Origin: a virus
IMG/VR virus record: IMGVR_UViG_3300028394_000059
Coordinates: 22,785 to 86,784 of that record
DNA: 64,000 nt
Direction: 5' to 3' (one strand)
Shown: one piece after another, positions 41,533 to 51,353 of the stretch
Position numbering within the stretch: position 1 is the stretch's first letter
Layout of the letters: each line of letters starts with the position of its first letter
Notes under the pieces: model-generated
What the model was told of the DNA's origin: nothing
Database searches by the model: none
Seen by the model: the letters and a program-made list of their open reading frames with translations, nothing else
Position numbers and translations under genes: made by a program

Positions 41533-42382
41533 AGAAAATCTAGGAAAAGCAAAGCAAATTTTAGGCAAAGCATCGGATCTATTCAGTAATAGATTTTTCC
41601 TATTAAGTGTAATTGTAGTTATGGTTATGCTTACATTAAAACAGTGCGGTGAGGCAGACCATGCTAAAGCGGAGGCTTTAAGGGAGCATAATAATTATCT
41701 TGCATCACTTGATAGTGTGAGAACTATAAAAAACGAGCTGGGACACATCATACAGGAGAAAGCCACGTATGAACTTAAAGCATCGGAACTTTCCGAGGAG
41801 CAAAAATATTTGATCGCACAATTGGATCTTAAATCTAATGGAAGAGGAAATACACCAAATTCTGTTATTAATATGGTAACGGAGATTAGGGACAGCGTTA
41901 ATGTAGCATCCACAATAGTTAAAGACCCTAATGGTGACGAGTCAATAAACTTTGTACATAATCCACAGATGACGGGAAATAATAAATTGAAAATAACCGG
42001 GAAAACCCCATATGTTATAAATTTGCAGGTCGATCCAGCGGATCCTACTAAATATGCAGCTTCCATTGTTCCTGGGTTAACATCCCTTTTAATGGAACAG
42101 AATATTGACATAACGACGGGAATTTATAGAGATCCCAAAACGAAAAGAATGATGACTAGGGTAAGTACAACCTATCCGGGACTAATTTTTAATGATATAA
42201 ATTCTTTCGATATAACGGATAGCCCGGATACTAGAAAAGCTTTAAAAGCTGCTAGGAAGGAATTCGGTCTGGGAATACAGATTGGCTATGGTCTTTCTGG
42301 GACAAACGCAGGAATAACTCCTGGATTTTATATAGGTGCTGGTATACACTACTCACCAAAATTTTTGCAATTCGGAAAATAA
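41516..42382 (+). CDS. Putative spanin-like lysis protein (N-terminal TM, coiled coil, C-terminal beta hairpin)
   Basis: TM segment FFLLSVIVVMVMLTLKQC; C-terminal FGLGIQIGYGL...FYIGAGIHYS amphipathic beta strands. Confidence 0.55.
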   Translation: MKYINKENLGKAKQILGKASDLFSNRFFLLSVIVVMVMLTLKQCGEADHAKAEALREHNNYLASLDSVRTIKNELGHIIQEKATYELKASELSEEQKYLIAQLDLKSNGRGNTPNSVINMVTEIRDSVNVASTIVKDPNGDESINFVHNPQMTGNNKLKITGKTPYVINLQVDPADPTKYAASIVPGLTSLLMEQNIDITTGIYRDPKTKRMMTRVSTTYPGLIFNDINSFDITDSPDTRKALKAARKEFGLGIQIGYGLSGTNAGITPGFYIGAGIHYSPKFLQFGK

Positions 42383-42390
42383 GATAAAAA

Positions 42391-44718
42391 ATGGCATTTA
42401 CTACATCATCCAAATACGTTCAAATCACTCCATATCTTTTAATGGAGTACATGTATGCTGATCAACCAACACCAGAGACGCATTTTGTTAATACTGGAAG
42501 CGATGTGGTTGGATACGATAAACTGATAAATGGATACAGAAGTAATGCTGTTCAGGTTTTTAATAAATCAGCAAATTATTCAATAACTCATAATACGACA
42601 GAAAATAATGTTGTTAGAATAAATGAAAGCTCGTTCGTTACATTGGATTCGAACCTAATTATACCTTTCAATGATTATTCAGAGGAGCTAACTAATACGA
42701 TTGATTTACCAATAGTATTTCCTTCTAACCTGCTGGTTATGTATGATACTGTTAGATACCATATTAGAGCAGGATATAATCTTGGTAATATAGATGGATT
42801 AATAATGTCGGTTGAGTACCAGGATCAGAATCTTGAATTTGTTACTGCATCACAGATCCTTATTAAAAAAGGGACAGAGCAAGATTATTATCTCAATCCA
42901 AATCCAGTAACAATAGGATCAAATATTTATGACAAATATTTTGAGATAAAGTTGCCAAATCTGAAGGATATGAATGATAAGTATCTTGCAGCTTCTGCAT
43001 TTTTTAAACCAGAAACATTGGCTTCGCTAATTAGTTCAAGTGGTACTGGATTTATATACAGTGCTCCACTTAGAATCACAGCATGGCAAGTACAGGATAC
43101 TGTTGATTATGCTGGATATTTGAGATATAACTGTGCTAGAATAGCTGTTCTTTCGCTAGAGCAGGAGGATCAATTCGCTAATATAGGTGCAACAATCACG
43201 GAGTCGGAGAAAGGTCAATTTTTTGAATATTATGCCACTGATAACGAGGGATTTGTTGAGGATTTTATATTATTTCAGAACTCCCTAGGTAACTCATATT
43301 ATATAAGTCATCAGATAGAGGTTCTTGAGCAGATTGGTGCAGCACTAATACAGACATCTGGTTTTCAATCTATACAAACAACAGCATACGATATGCCAAA
43401 TTACTATAGACCTATAGTTAGAAATGCTGCTGTTTCATCTAGTTTTACACTTAGATACACGATGTCTTTAATAAATAACGCAGATCAGAGTAGAACAATC
43501 AGAATATCTAGTTACACTTCTATTAACCCTGGACAGTGGGGAACGTCAATAACACCTATTAAATTAAGCACATTCCCTCAGGTACAGAAGATTTACAATA
43601 GGGTATACTCTCAGCCAACAATAACAGTTTCAGGAAACACAACAGCATCTCCAAGGGAGATTATTAAATATACCAATGTATTTATAGATCAAAATTACGT
43701 TACATCATCAGTAAACAATCTGAATTTTACTAATAATACTTTAAAAATAGATACCGGGGCTGAACAGATTACCGCACACGGAACTGGTAAGATGACCATA
43801 TCTATATCCCCTTTTGATAATTATTACAAGTTCAGATTTGTTAAAAGTGGACCATCATCGGATCCTATTCCTATTGACTTAAGCAGCTCCGGACAATTTA
43901 ATATATCTTTCGTTGACCCAATCGGTAATAAGATACAAGTACCCGCATTGGACGATAAGAATATAGCAAATCCTGCATCGGGTGAGCTTGCTTTTAAAAT
44001 AGACGAATCAATAGCAACTAAAGTATTACAAATTAATGACAGAAGATTCTTTATTACAAACGGTACATCAATAAATGTAGCAACAAGCACAGCAACTACA
44101 AAGGATGTTGTTTCGGTTAATCCCGGTGTGTCATCGAATGTGCTGGAGAAAAGATTGGAAGCGGTTGTTTCAAAAAGAAGAGCTGAATCAGCTGCTGTTA
44201 AAGGGTCTAATAATTACGTGAGTATACCTGCCAATAATATACTTCTGCCTTCAAATAATTCTAATTCAGTTATGTATTGGGGCTATTGGAAAAAACAAGG
44301 GGAAGCAGATATGGTTACTGGATCAACTGGTGCAACCGCAGCTTCCCTTGTATTATCAAGCAGCAATGTGGGTATTGGAGTAATCGAAGCACCATCATCT
44401 ATAATTAAAAGCTTGGAGCCATTAAGCTCCACATCGGGAATAGGACCAATAGGAGCTGCTGGCGGTCAATCAACACCTTCGCTTGTTGGATCCGCATTAA
44501 TAGCTGCTTTAAGTGCTGAAATGGCTGGATATAAAGCTACTAAATGGGCGGATCAAACTATAATAAACTATTTCTTGATCCCAGGAAAACCCGGTTATCT
44601 AAAATATCCACGATTAACTAAGGATGAGTTTATAAAGGCTGCGAGTGGGATTTTAGCTCCAGCAAGTTTACTTAAAATTAGATTTAGATCCCGCGGATTC
44701 GGAAGAAATCGGAGGTAA
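42391..44718 (+). CDS. Hypothetical structural protein (775 aa)
   Basis: Long ORF in the tail module with an Arg-rich C-terminus. Confidence 0.5.
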   Translation: MAFTTSSKYVQITPYLLMEYMYADQPTPETHFVNTGSDVVGYDKLINGYRSNAVQVFNKSANYSITHNTTENNVVRINESSFVTLDSNLIIPFNDYSEELTNTIDLPIVFPSNLLVMYDTVRYHIRAGYNLGNIDGLIMSVEYQDQNLEFVTASQILIKKGTEQDYYLNPNPVTIGSNIYDKYFEIKLPNLKDMNDKYLAASAFFKPETLASLISSSGTGFIYSAPLRITAWQVQDTVDYAGYLRYNCARIAVLSLEQEDQFANIGATITESEKGQFFEYYATDNEGFVEDFILFQNSLGNSYYISHQIEVLEQIGAALIQTSGFQSIQTTAYDMPNYYRPIVRNAAVSSSFTLRYTMSLINNADQSRTIRISSYTSINPGQWGTSITPIKLSTFPQVQKIYNRVYSQPTITVSGNTTASPREIIKYTNVFIDQNYVTSSVNNLNFTNNTLKIDTGAEQITAHGTGKMTISISPFDNYYKFRFVKSGPSSDPIPIDLSSSGQFNISFVDPIGNKIQVPALDDKNIANPASGELAFKIDESIATKVLQINDRRFFITNGTSINVATSTATTKDVVSVNPGVSSNVLEKRLEAVVSKRRAESAAVKGSNNYVSIPANNILLPSNNSNSVMYWGYWKKQGEADMVTGSTGATAASLVLSSSNVGIGVIEAPSSIIKSLEPLSSTSGIGPIGAAGGQSTPSLVGSALIAALSAEMAGYKATKWADQTIINYFLIPGKPGYLKYPRLTKDEFIKAASGILAPASLLKIRFRSRGFGRNRR

Positions 44719-44799
44719 GCGTGAATTATTCTCTAATCTTTAATATAATTCAATAAGCTTAATTTAGTAGAGTAATAAAATAAATTCAATAATAGTATA

Positions 44800-45348
44800 A
44801 TGTTATTAAACCCAAAATCTAATAGTTTTTATTTCGTATTTCCGAGGGGATTTTTTCCGGATACCGTTGTTAATAAATATATGCCATATCTAAAGAAGCA
44901 GCCTATACCTTTTGATACCGTTGCGCAATATATAAATAGCACGATAAGATCCATAGGATTTCCTGGTATGTCTATGGATAGCGTTGAGCAAGTAAGAAAC
45001 TTGGGTAAAAAGATAAATTATAAAAGTTCTACCCCTGTCCAGGAATTGTTCTCTAAGGAATTTACAATACAGTTTAAATCTGTTGATGGATTTATAAATT
45101 ATTTTATAATGCTTGATACAATACTACATTTTTTAAACTTCGAGAACCCACAAGTATTTATACAGGATTTACCGGTTAGAATCATGGACAACGAGGGAAA
45201 TATAGTTACATCGTTAACATTCCAGGAGGTTATATTAACTTCATTCTCGGAATTAGAATTATCATACACTTCTAATGCACCACAACCAACATCATTTACA
45301 GTTGGCTTTAAAGCAAACTATATAGATATAGTTTTAGAAGCTAAATAA
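44800..45348 (+). CDS. Tail tube terminator/tail completion protein (gp3/gp19 fold)
   Basis: IGFPG..., FTIQF...INY, IMDNEGN...F....TSFSELELSY...FTVGF resembles T4 gp3; 182 aa. Confidence 0.65.
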   Translation: MLLNPKSNSFYFVFPRGFFPDTVVNKYMPYLKKQPIPFDTVAQYINSTIRSIGFPGMSMDSVEQVRNLGKKINYKSSTPVQELFSKEFTIQFKSVDGFINYFIMLDTILHFLNFENPQVFIQDLPVRIMDNEGNIVTSLTFQEVILTSFSELELSYTSNAPQPTSFTVGFKANYIDIVLEAK

Positions 45349-45356
45349 GATATATA
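45349..45356 (+). promoter_or_regulatory. GATATATA putative late promoter
   Basis: Octamer 27 nt before the ATG at 45376. Confidence 0.65.
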
Positions 45357-45375
45357 CATTAAACAAAACAACAAT

Positions 45376-45612
45376 ATGAAAACATTTACAAACTTAAAAG
45401 AATTGAATGAAATGAAATATGGTCAGGCTTTATTTAGCGAGAAAGATCATATGAAAAACTTATTGGTTGCTGCTTCTGGTAATGATCAAAGAGTTTTGAA
45501 TGACATTGTAAACTGTTTATCTGACGATCAGATGAAAAAATGTTACGATAAACTTTCTAAGGTTTATGGTTACACAGGAAGTACAGGACAGAAGGTAAGC
45601 GCGAGTATTTAA
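45376..45612 (+). CDS. Small putative internal head protein
   Basis: N-terminus MKTFTNLKELNE resembles the T4 internal-protein capsid-targeting sequence. Confidence 0.55.
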   Translation: MKTFTNLKELNEMKYGQALFSEKDHMKNLLVAASGNDQRVLNDIVNCLSDDQMKKCYDKLSKVYGYTGSTGQKVSASI

Positions 45613-45629
45613 TCACTAAATAAACATTT

Positions 45630-46346
45630 ATGAATTTAGTCGGAATAGACTTTTCATTAAATTCCCCTGCTTTTTGTTGTTTTAAGAATGGTAATTACAT
45701 ATGGGGATCTTTAACAAGATCTGACAGAAAACCGGAATCTCTTATGAAAAATGCTAAGAAGCCTTTTTCAATACTCGATTCTGAAGAGGATTTTAAATTA
45801 TACTTTATTGATAAAAAGGATCTACCCGAGGATTATACTGGTAGAGAAAGAATAAAGATAGTTTATTTCCAGGAAATAGTTGATACCTTATGGGATAATA
45901 TATTAGAGATCATGGGCGACGATGATTTCTATGTTGCTATGGAGGGATTAAGCTTCTCATCTAATGGTAATGCACTAATAGACATATCTATGGCAACAGC
46001 ACTACTCAGGAAGAGAATAATAGATAGAATAGGTGTTGAGAAATTCCACGTGTTTTCACCAACATCGATAAAGAAGTTCGCAATTAAGGGAAATGCTAAG
46101 AAGGACGAATTATATAATGTTCTCTGTAATTTCAGAGAAGATGAAACAAATTTGATAAACTTCAGTAATATATTAGAAATCAACAAGACCGAGTGGATAA
46201 CACCTTCTAAGGTAGTTAACAAACCAATTGATGATATTGTGGACGCAACTTGGATAACATTGTATTTAAAGAAGGAATTAAAAGAATTAAAAGAAAATTA
46301 TGGAATTAAAGGAAATCTTAAACCAGCACTTACAGGAAGCCTCTAA
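45630..46346 (+). CDS. RuvC-like Holliday junction resolvase
   Basis: VGIDFSLNSPA, AMEG, PTSIKKFA.KGNAKKDE and DDIVDA catalytic motifs. Confidence 0.8.
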   Translation: MNLVGIDFSLNSPAFCCFKNGNYIWGSLTRSDRKPESLMKNAKKPFSILDSEEDFKLYFIDKKDLPEDYTGRERIKIVYFQEIVDTLWDNILEIMGDDDFYVAMEGLSFSSNGNALIDISMATALLRKRIIDRIGVEKFHVFSPTSIKKFAIKGNAKKDELYNVLCNFREDETNLINFSNILEINKTEWITPSKVVNKPIDDIVDATWITLYLKKELKELKENYGIKGNLKPALTGSL

Positions 46347-46899
46347 TATATTAAGGGATTTTTCTACAAACACCGATTACCTAAACTCGGTAGTAGAGGC
46401 AGCCGAAATAATTATTACATCTTTAGAATCAGGAAACAAGATCATCTCTGCAGGGAATGGCGGATCCATGTGTGATGCTATGCACTTTGCAGAGGAGCTT
46501 AGTGGAAGATATAGAAATGATAGGAAAGGCCTAGCAGCAGTTTCTATATCGGATCCATCCCATATTACCTGTGTTGGTAACGATTATGGATTCAAACACA
46601 TTTTTTCAAGATACATCGAAGCTCTAGGAAATCCGGGAGACGTTTTCTTTGGTATTACCACATCAGGTAACTCAGAGAACATCATTCGTGCATGTATGGA
46701 AGCAAAGAATAAAGATATGAAGGTGGTTATTCTTACATCCGACACTGAGGGCTATTTACAAGTTGACTACGATGACTTAGTGGATGCTTTCATAAAAACC
46801 CCTGCTAATAGATATGCGGACCGTATACAAGAACTACATATAAAAATAATACATTCCTTGATCAACATGGTGGAGGAAAAATTAATAAAACAAAAATAA
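46300..46899 (+). CDS. gmhA: Phosphoheptose (sedoheptulose-7-phosphate) isomerase
   Basis: GNGGSMCDAMHFAEEL, TCVGNDYGF..IFSR, TSGNSENI and DRIQELH are GmhA SIS motifs. Confidence 0.92.
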   Translation: MELKEILNQHLQEASNILRDFSTNTDYLNSVVEAAEIIITSLESGNKIISAGNGGSMCDAMHFAEELSGRYRNDRKGLAAVSISDPSHITCVGNDYGFKHIFSRYIEALGNPGDVFFGITTSGNSENIIRACMEAKNKDMKVVILTSDTEGYLQVDYDDLVDAFIKTPANRYADRIQELHIKIIHSLINMVEEKLIKQK

Positions 46900-46959
46900 A
46901 ACAAAAATCAAGAGAAACAAAAAACAAACAAAAAGTAAAAATTAAAATTAAAAACAATT

Positions 46960-47934
46960 ATGAGTAATTTAGACATCTTCAATTTGGACGCAGAAGCGTT
47001 CGTAACGAAAACCGCTCAACAAGGTGGTGGAAAAGACCTTGAATTTTACAAACCTTATCCGGAAGACGGAAAGGACGGAGTTTACAAATCTTTAATTAGA
47101 TTCGTACCAAACCCAGCTGATCCAGCAAAATCTAAAGTTCACAAATATTATGTGTACTTGAACGATCCTGTATCGGGTGATGGTTTCTCTGTAGATTGTC
47201 CTTCAACAGTTGGTAAAAAATCAATTCTAAAGGATCTTTTTTGGAAACTTAAGAATTCGCATTCTGCTGCTGATCAGGAATTATCTAAGAAATTTGCTAG
47301 AAAAGAGGATTTCTATTCTCTTATTCAAATTGTTCAGGATAAAAACAAACCTGAATTGGAAGGTAAAGTCATGATCTTTAAATTCGGTAAGAAATTAAAT
47401 GATATGATCGAGGCACAATTACAGCCAGAATATGGTGATGCATGTAACCCATTTGATCTTTTCGAAGGCCGTGAATTTGCAGTAAGTGTTAGAAAAGTTG
47501 GAGAATGGAACAACTACGATCTTTGCTCTTTTGTTGGTGAGAAAACAGCAATTAAAGTTAGCGGTGCTTCAATGAAGAAAACCAAAGAGGATATGGATAC
47601 AGTATTATCTTACTTAAACGAGGGTCCTAAAAATCTAGCAAGCTTTGATTATAAAGATTGGGATGACGATGTAACTGAAAAAGTTATAACTGTTATAAAG
47701 AATACAATTCCTGAACAAAGACTTATTAATGAGATTGTTGGTGGTGTTGCTAGTTCTAGTACTAAATCAGCTCCTGTACAGCAATCAGCTCCTGTAGCTA
47801 AGCAAAATTCAGAATCTGAATTATATGCTGAAGTAAATCAAACTAAAGTTGCTGGTCACGTGGAGAGAGAAGAATCATCCCCGTCATCAAGCAACAGCTC
47901 ATCCTCTTTAGAGGATCTATATAACGACCTTTAA
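46960..47934 (+). CDS. Single-stranded DNA-binding protein (T4 gp32-like)
   Basis: LIRFVP, DCPSTVG, PELEGKVMIFKFGKK, NPFDLFEG.EF, NNYD and an acidic C-terminal tail LEDLYNDL. Confidence 0.88.
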   Translation: MSNLDIFNLDAEAFVTKTAQQGGGKDLEFYKPYPEDGKDGVYKSLIRFVPNPADPAKSKVHKYYVYLNDPVSGDGFSVDCPSTVGKKSILKDLFWKLKNSHSAADQELSKKFARKEDFYSLIQIVQDKNKPELEGKVMIFKFGKKLNDMIEAQLQPEYGDACNPFDLFEGREFAVSVRKVGEWNNYDLCSFVGEKTAIKVSGASMKKTKEDMDTVLSYLNEGPKNLASFDYKDWDDDVTEKVITVIKNTIPEQRLINEIVGGVASSSTKSAPVQQSAPVAKQNSESELYAEVNQTKVAGHVEREESSPSSSNSSSSLEDLYNDL

Positions 47935-47949
47935 TAGATAAATTATAAT

Positions 47950-47981
47950 GGGGTAGTTCCTTAGAAGAACTGCCCCTTTTT
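47950..47981 (+). terminator. Rho-independent terminator
   Basis: GGGGTAGTTC-cttagaa-GAACTGCCCC followed by TTTTT. Confidence 0.75.
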
Positions 47982-47987
47982 ATTCCT

Positions 47988-49052
47988 ATGCAACCAGAAA
48001 AAGTAGAAGATATAATAAGATTAGCGCTAGCTAAGGAATTTTCAGGTAATCCAGCCAAACAGATAATCTATAAGGCAGGAACCAGATTAAATTTCTCTTG
48101 CCCTTATTGTGGTGATTCCCATGATGCAAGGAAAAAAAGAGGAAATTTTTATCTTGATACCTTAGCATATAAATGCTATAATGGTGGATGTGGTATATTT
48201 AAGGATTTTATTTCATTTTTCAAGGACTTCTCATTATACAATAAATTTAGTGGAGACGAAAGGGAGGAAATAAGAAGCATACTAGAAGATAACAAGGGAA
48301 AGAGAAGGAATGTTTACGGAAAGGTTGATATAAGCTATTTCTTTGATAATGACATAAGCGATATACTTATAGATAGATCAAAGTTTATGAGTCAGCTAAA
48401 TCTGGAAGAAGTCTGGGGATCTAAAATACAAAGATACGTCACCAGGAGAAGCCAAAAAACAGATAAGAAACTTGCATGGGATAATAAGAGAGAACGCTTG
48501 TTTCTGTTCAATCTTACGCCCGATGATAAGATAATAGGGCTCCAGGTTAGAAATATGAATGCCGTCAAAGGTTCGCCCAAATACTTTACATATAAACTAA
48601 GCGGTATATACGAGAAGCTTCTAAAGGTAACTGATGCTGAATTTTTGGAAAGGGCCAGATCAGTTGATCCAATATCTCATGTTTTTGGAATAGGTATTCT
48701 TGACTTCTCTTATTCAATAACAATATTCGAGGGTCCTATGGATTCTTGGTTTTGGAACAATTCTGTTGGTTTATGCTCATTAGAGAATAAATTCCCCTTT
48801 GAAGTTGATAATGTACAATATTGGTATGATTGGGATAAGGCTGGCATAGATAAAACTATGGATTTACTAAGTAAGGGTCAAACCGTTTTTAACTGGGGTA
48901 AATTTTTAGAAGAGAATAATATAAGCAAGAATAGAAAATGGGATCTAAATGATCTCGTGGTACATTTAAGAACAACTGGGAAAAAAATTAGAAGATTAGA
49001 TAACTACTTTACAAATGATGTACTCGACCTTAGATATTTTATCAATGAATAA
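47988..49052 (+). CDS. DNA primase (T4 gp61-like)
   Basis: NFSCPYCGDS...KRG...YKCYNGGC zinc finger; IFEGPMDS, YDWDKAG and WDLND TOPRIM motifs. Confidence 0.85.
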   Translation: MQPEKVEDIIRLALAKEFSGNPAKQIIYKAGTRLNFSCPYCGDSHDARKKRGNFYLDTLAYKCYNGGCGIFKDFISFFKDFSLYNKFSGDEREEIRSILEDNKGKRRNVYGKVDISYFFDNDISDILIDRSKFMSQLNLEEVWGSKIQRYVTRRSQKTDKKLAWDNKRERLFLFNLTPDDKIIGLQVRNMNAVKGSPKYFTYKLSGIYEKLLKVTDAEFLERARSVDPISHVFGIGILDFSYSITIFEGPMDSWFWNNSVGLCSLENKFPFEVDNVQYWYDWDKAGIDKTMDLLSKGQTVFNWGKFLEENNISKNRKWDLNDLVVHLRTTGKKIRRLDNYFTNDVLDLRYFINE

Positions 49053-49302
49053 CAAGAAGACAGTTTCGGATCTGACTGATGCATGGGAGCTTGAACTAAA
49101 AAAGGACGAGATCCCCAAATTAAAATTTCCTATAAAGGTCATAGAGACTGGACTTGATAAGATAGATTTAAACTTCAGTGATCCCATGGTGGATGAACCA
49201 AAGGCTAAAAAAGAAATTAATAAAAATCAAACAGCCAAAACCGTTGAACTTCCTAAGAAAAGAAGCGGAAATAATAAAAAAGACAAATCAAAATTATTCT
49301 AA
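49045..49302 (+). CDS. Hypothetical basic protein
   Basis: The track starts it at 49015, but the ATG at 49045 overlapping the primase stop is more likely. Confidence 0.5.
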   Translation: MNNKKTVSDLTDAWELELKKDEIPKLKFPIKVIETGLDKIDLNFSDPMVDEPKAKKEINKNQTAKTVELPKKRSGNNKKDKSKLF

Positions 49303-49745
49303 TGTCGGCAGAAAAAACAGATTTTAATAAGATATTTGAGAATGAAAGAGCAGAGTGGAAAGAGAAAGTCCAGGTTCTAGCTATACAAATGAAAGATATA
49401 AAAACTCTAGCGAAAGCTCAGGTTGATATGTTTAGTAGCAGACAGGTATTATTGGAATATAGCTATAAGCTAGCATCCATTATATCCAAGCTCTCTTCAA
49501 GATACAGATCAGATAAGGCTAACAAGTTGAGACATTATTCTGAAAACAATGATGTTAGATATGGCTCTACTGAAAAAACGGTTCTTATAGAAGGCGACCT
49601 TACAGAGATTACTGAGAAGATAGAACTGGTGGAAGGCCACAGAAAATTCATAGACCAAACCATACAGACGATTGACCATATGCTTTATGGCGTAAAAAGT
49701 CGAATATCACTGGAGGATTACCTAAGAGGATCCACAGTAAAATAA
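49302..49745 (+). CDS. uvsY: Recombination mediator (UvsY-like)
   Basis: 147 aa helical protein directly before uvsW; ...LIEGDL....EKIE....FI...I..I...Y.VK.I pattern. Confidence 0.7.
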   Translation: MSAEKTDFNKIFENERAEWKEKVQVLAIQMKDIKTLAKAQVDMFSSRQVLLEYSYKLASIISKLSSRYRSDKANKLRHYSENNDVRYGSTEKTVLIEGDLTEITEKIELVEGHRKFIDQTIQTIDHMLYGVKSRISLEDYLRGSTVK

Positions 49746-49760
49746 AAATAGATAACTGAC

Positions 49761-51317
49761 ATGTTAAAATTTCAAGTTTCAGAAGATCAACAATGGATAA
49801 TTCTAGTCGATTCTCCAGACGAAGTTGAAAAGAAACAAATAGACATCTCGCTAACCAAAAAGATTCACAATTTCTATTTCCATCCTTTGGTGAAGAAGAA
49901 AATATGGGACGGCAACATATGCTTTATTGAGAAAAAAGGAGGATTTTGGAAAATACCAATCGGACTCTGGAGAGAACTTTTGCAGATAGGTGATGAATAT
50001 AGCATAAAAATGGAAATTAATGGTCTGGATCAGATAGTATTAAAAGATCCAACATTGGCTGAATTTACCGAATGGGTTGATGAATTTTTTAAAGATGGTA
50101 TAGGTGGAGATCCCGATAAAAAACCAAGAGACTATCAAATAGAGACCGCATGGAAACTTATCAAATATAGATATTCTGTTTCTGAAGTTGCAACTTCATC
50201 GGGCAAGACGCTTATAGCTTTTATGATATTTGCATACCTTAAATCAAAGGGTCTAATTAAAAAGTTTCTAATGATCGTTCCTAGCACAAATCTTGTTTTC
50301 CAGGGGAGCGATGATTTCGAAGATTATGGTATAGGAAGGATTGGCGTTAAAATACAACAAATAGGCGGGGGAAGCAAAATAAGAGAGGGGTGTGATCTAA
50401 TAATGGGAACATTCCAATCACTGGTTAAACAGGATCCTGAGTTTTTTGATGACGTTGATGTTGTTTTTGTTGACGAGGCTCACCATACAAACAGCATGTC
50501 GATAAAGAAGATTGTTGCAAACTGCATGCATTCAGGATGGAGATTTGGATTAACAGGTACGTTAACAAAAAGAGGAACTGCTGATTATCTTACGATCCAG
50601 CAATTTTTGGGACCTCTAGTTGTTGAGATACCACCTAGCTTTCTTTTTGATAATGACTATGCTACACCTGTTTCGATTAAGGTTGTTATAATGGATTGGC
50701 TAGAGCAGGAGTATAAGGATAAGCTATCTGGGATAAAACTAAACAATAGTAATAAAAACGGAGATAATAAGATAGAAGGCAACGAATTCTATAATATAGA
50801 AAGAAAGCTAGTTATAGAAAGTAAAAAGCGTTTAAATTATGTCGTAGATTTTATTAATAAAACTTCTAAGAACTCGTTAGTTCTTTTTCAATCTGTTAAG
50901 GACGAATACGGTAAACAAATATGGAATCAGCTCCGTGAGAAGAATGCTGAGAAGGAAGTTTTCTATGTTGACGGTGATACGGACGAAAGTTTAAGAGAGG
51001 AATATAAATCCAGAATGTCATCGGGAGGTAATAAAATATTGGTAGCAACTTATGGTACATTTTCTACTGGTATATCAATAAATAATCTTCATAATATATT
51101 TTTGGTTGAGTCATACAAGAGCGAGGTTCTTATAAAGCAGAGTCTTGGTAGAGGTATGCGTAAGATGGAGGGTAAAGATAAGGTCAATGTTATTGACTTT
51201 GTTGATGACTTTAGCACAAACCACTATCAAAATTACTTAATGAAGCACGGGGAGGTGAGAATGCAGATCTATAAGAAGGAGTGCTTCGATTATAAGATAT
51301 TCAGGGTTAAACTTTAA
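49761..51317 (+). CDS. uvsW: SF2 DNA helicase UvsW
   Basis: WDGNI, PRDYQ, ATSSGKT, DEAH, GLTGT, ATYGTFSTGISI and QSLGRGMR motifs. Confidence 0.93.
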   Translation: MLKFQVSEDQQWIILVDSPDEVEKKQIDISLTKKIHNFYFHPLVKKKIWDGNICFIEKKGGFWKIPIGLWRELLQIGDEYSIKMEINGLDQIVLKDPTLAEFTEWVDEFFKDGIGGDPDKKPRDYQIETAWKLIKYRYSVSEVATSSGKTLIAFMIFAYLKSKGLIKKFLMIVPSTNLVFQGSDDFEDYGIGRIGVKIQQIGGGSKIREGCDLIMGTFQSLVKQDPEFFDDVDVVFVDEAHHTNSMSIKKIVANCMHSGWRFGLTGTLTKRGTADYLTIQQFLGPLVVEIPPSFLFDNDYATPVSIKVVIMDWLEQEYKDKLSGIKLNNSNKNGDNKIEGNEFYNIERKLVIESKKRLNYVVDFINKTSKNSLVLFQSVKDEYGKQIWNQLREKNAEKEVFYVDGDTDESLREEYKSRMSSGGNKILVATYGTFSTGISINNLHNIFLVESYKSEVLIKQSLGRGMRKMEGKDKVNVIDFVDDFSTNHYQNYLMKHGEVRMQIYKKECFDYKIFRVKL

Positions 51318-51327
51318 TTTTCTTTAG

Positions 51328-51335
51328 GATATATA
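51328..51335 (+). promoter_or_regulatory. GATATATA putative late promoter
   Basis: Octamer 26 nt before the ATG at 51354. Confidence 0.65.
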
Positions 51336-51353
51336 GAAAAATATGTTTTTATT

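Noticed and set aside
46960-51317. Introns or inteins in replication genes
   Set aside because: gp32, primase and UvsW have normal lengths, contiguous motifs and no intein C...HN signature.
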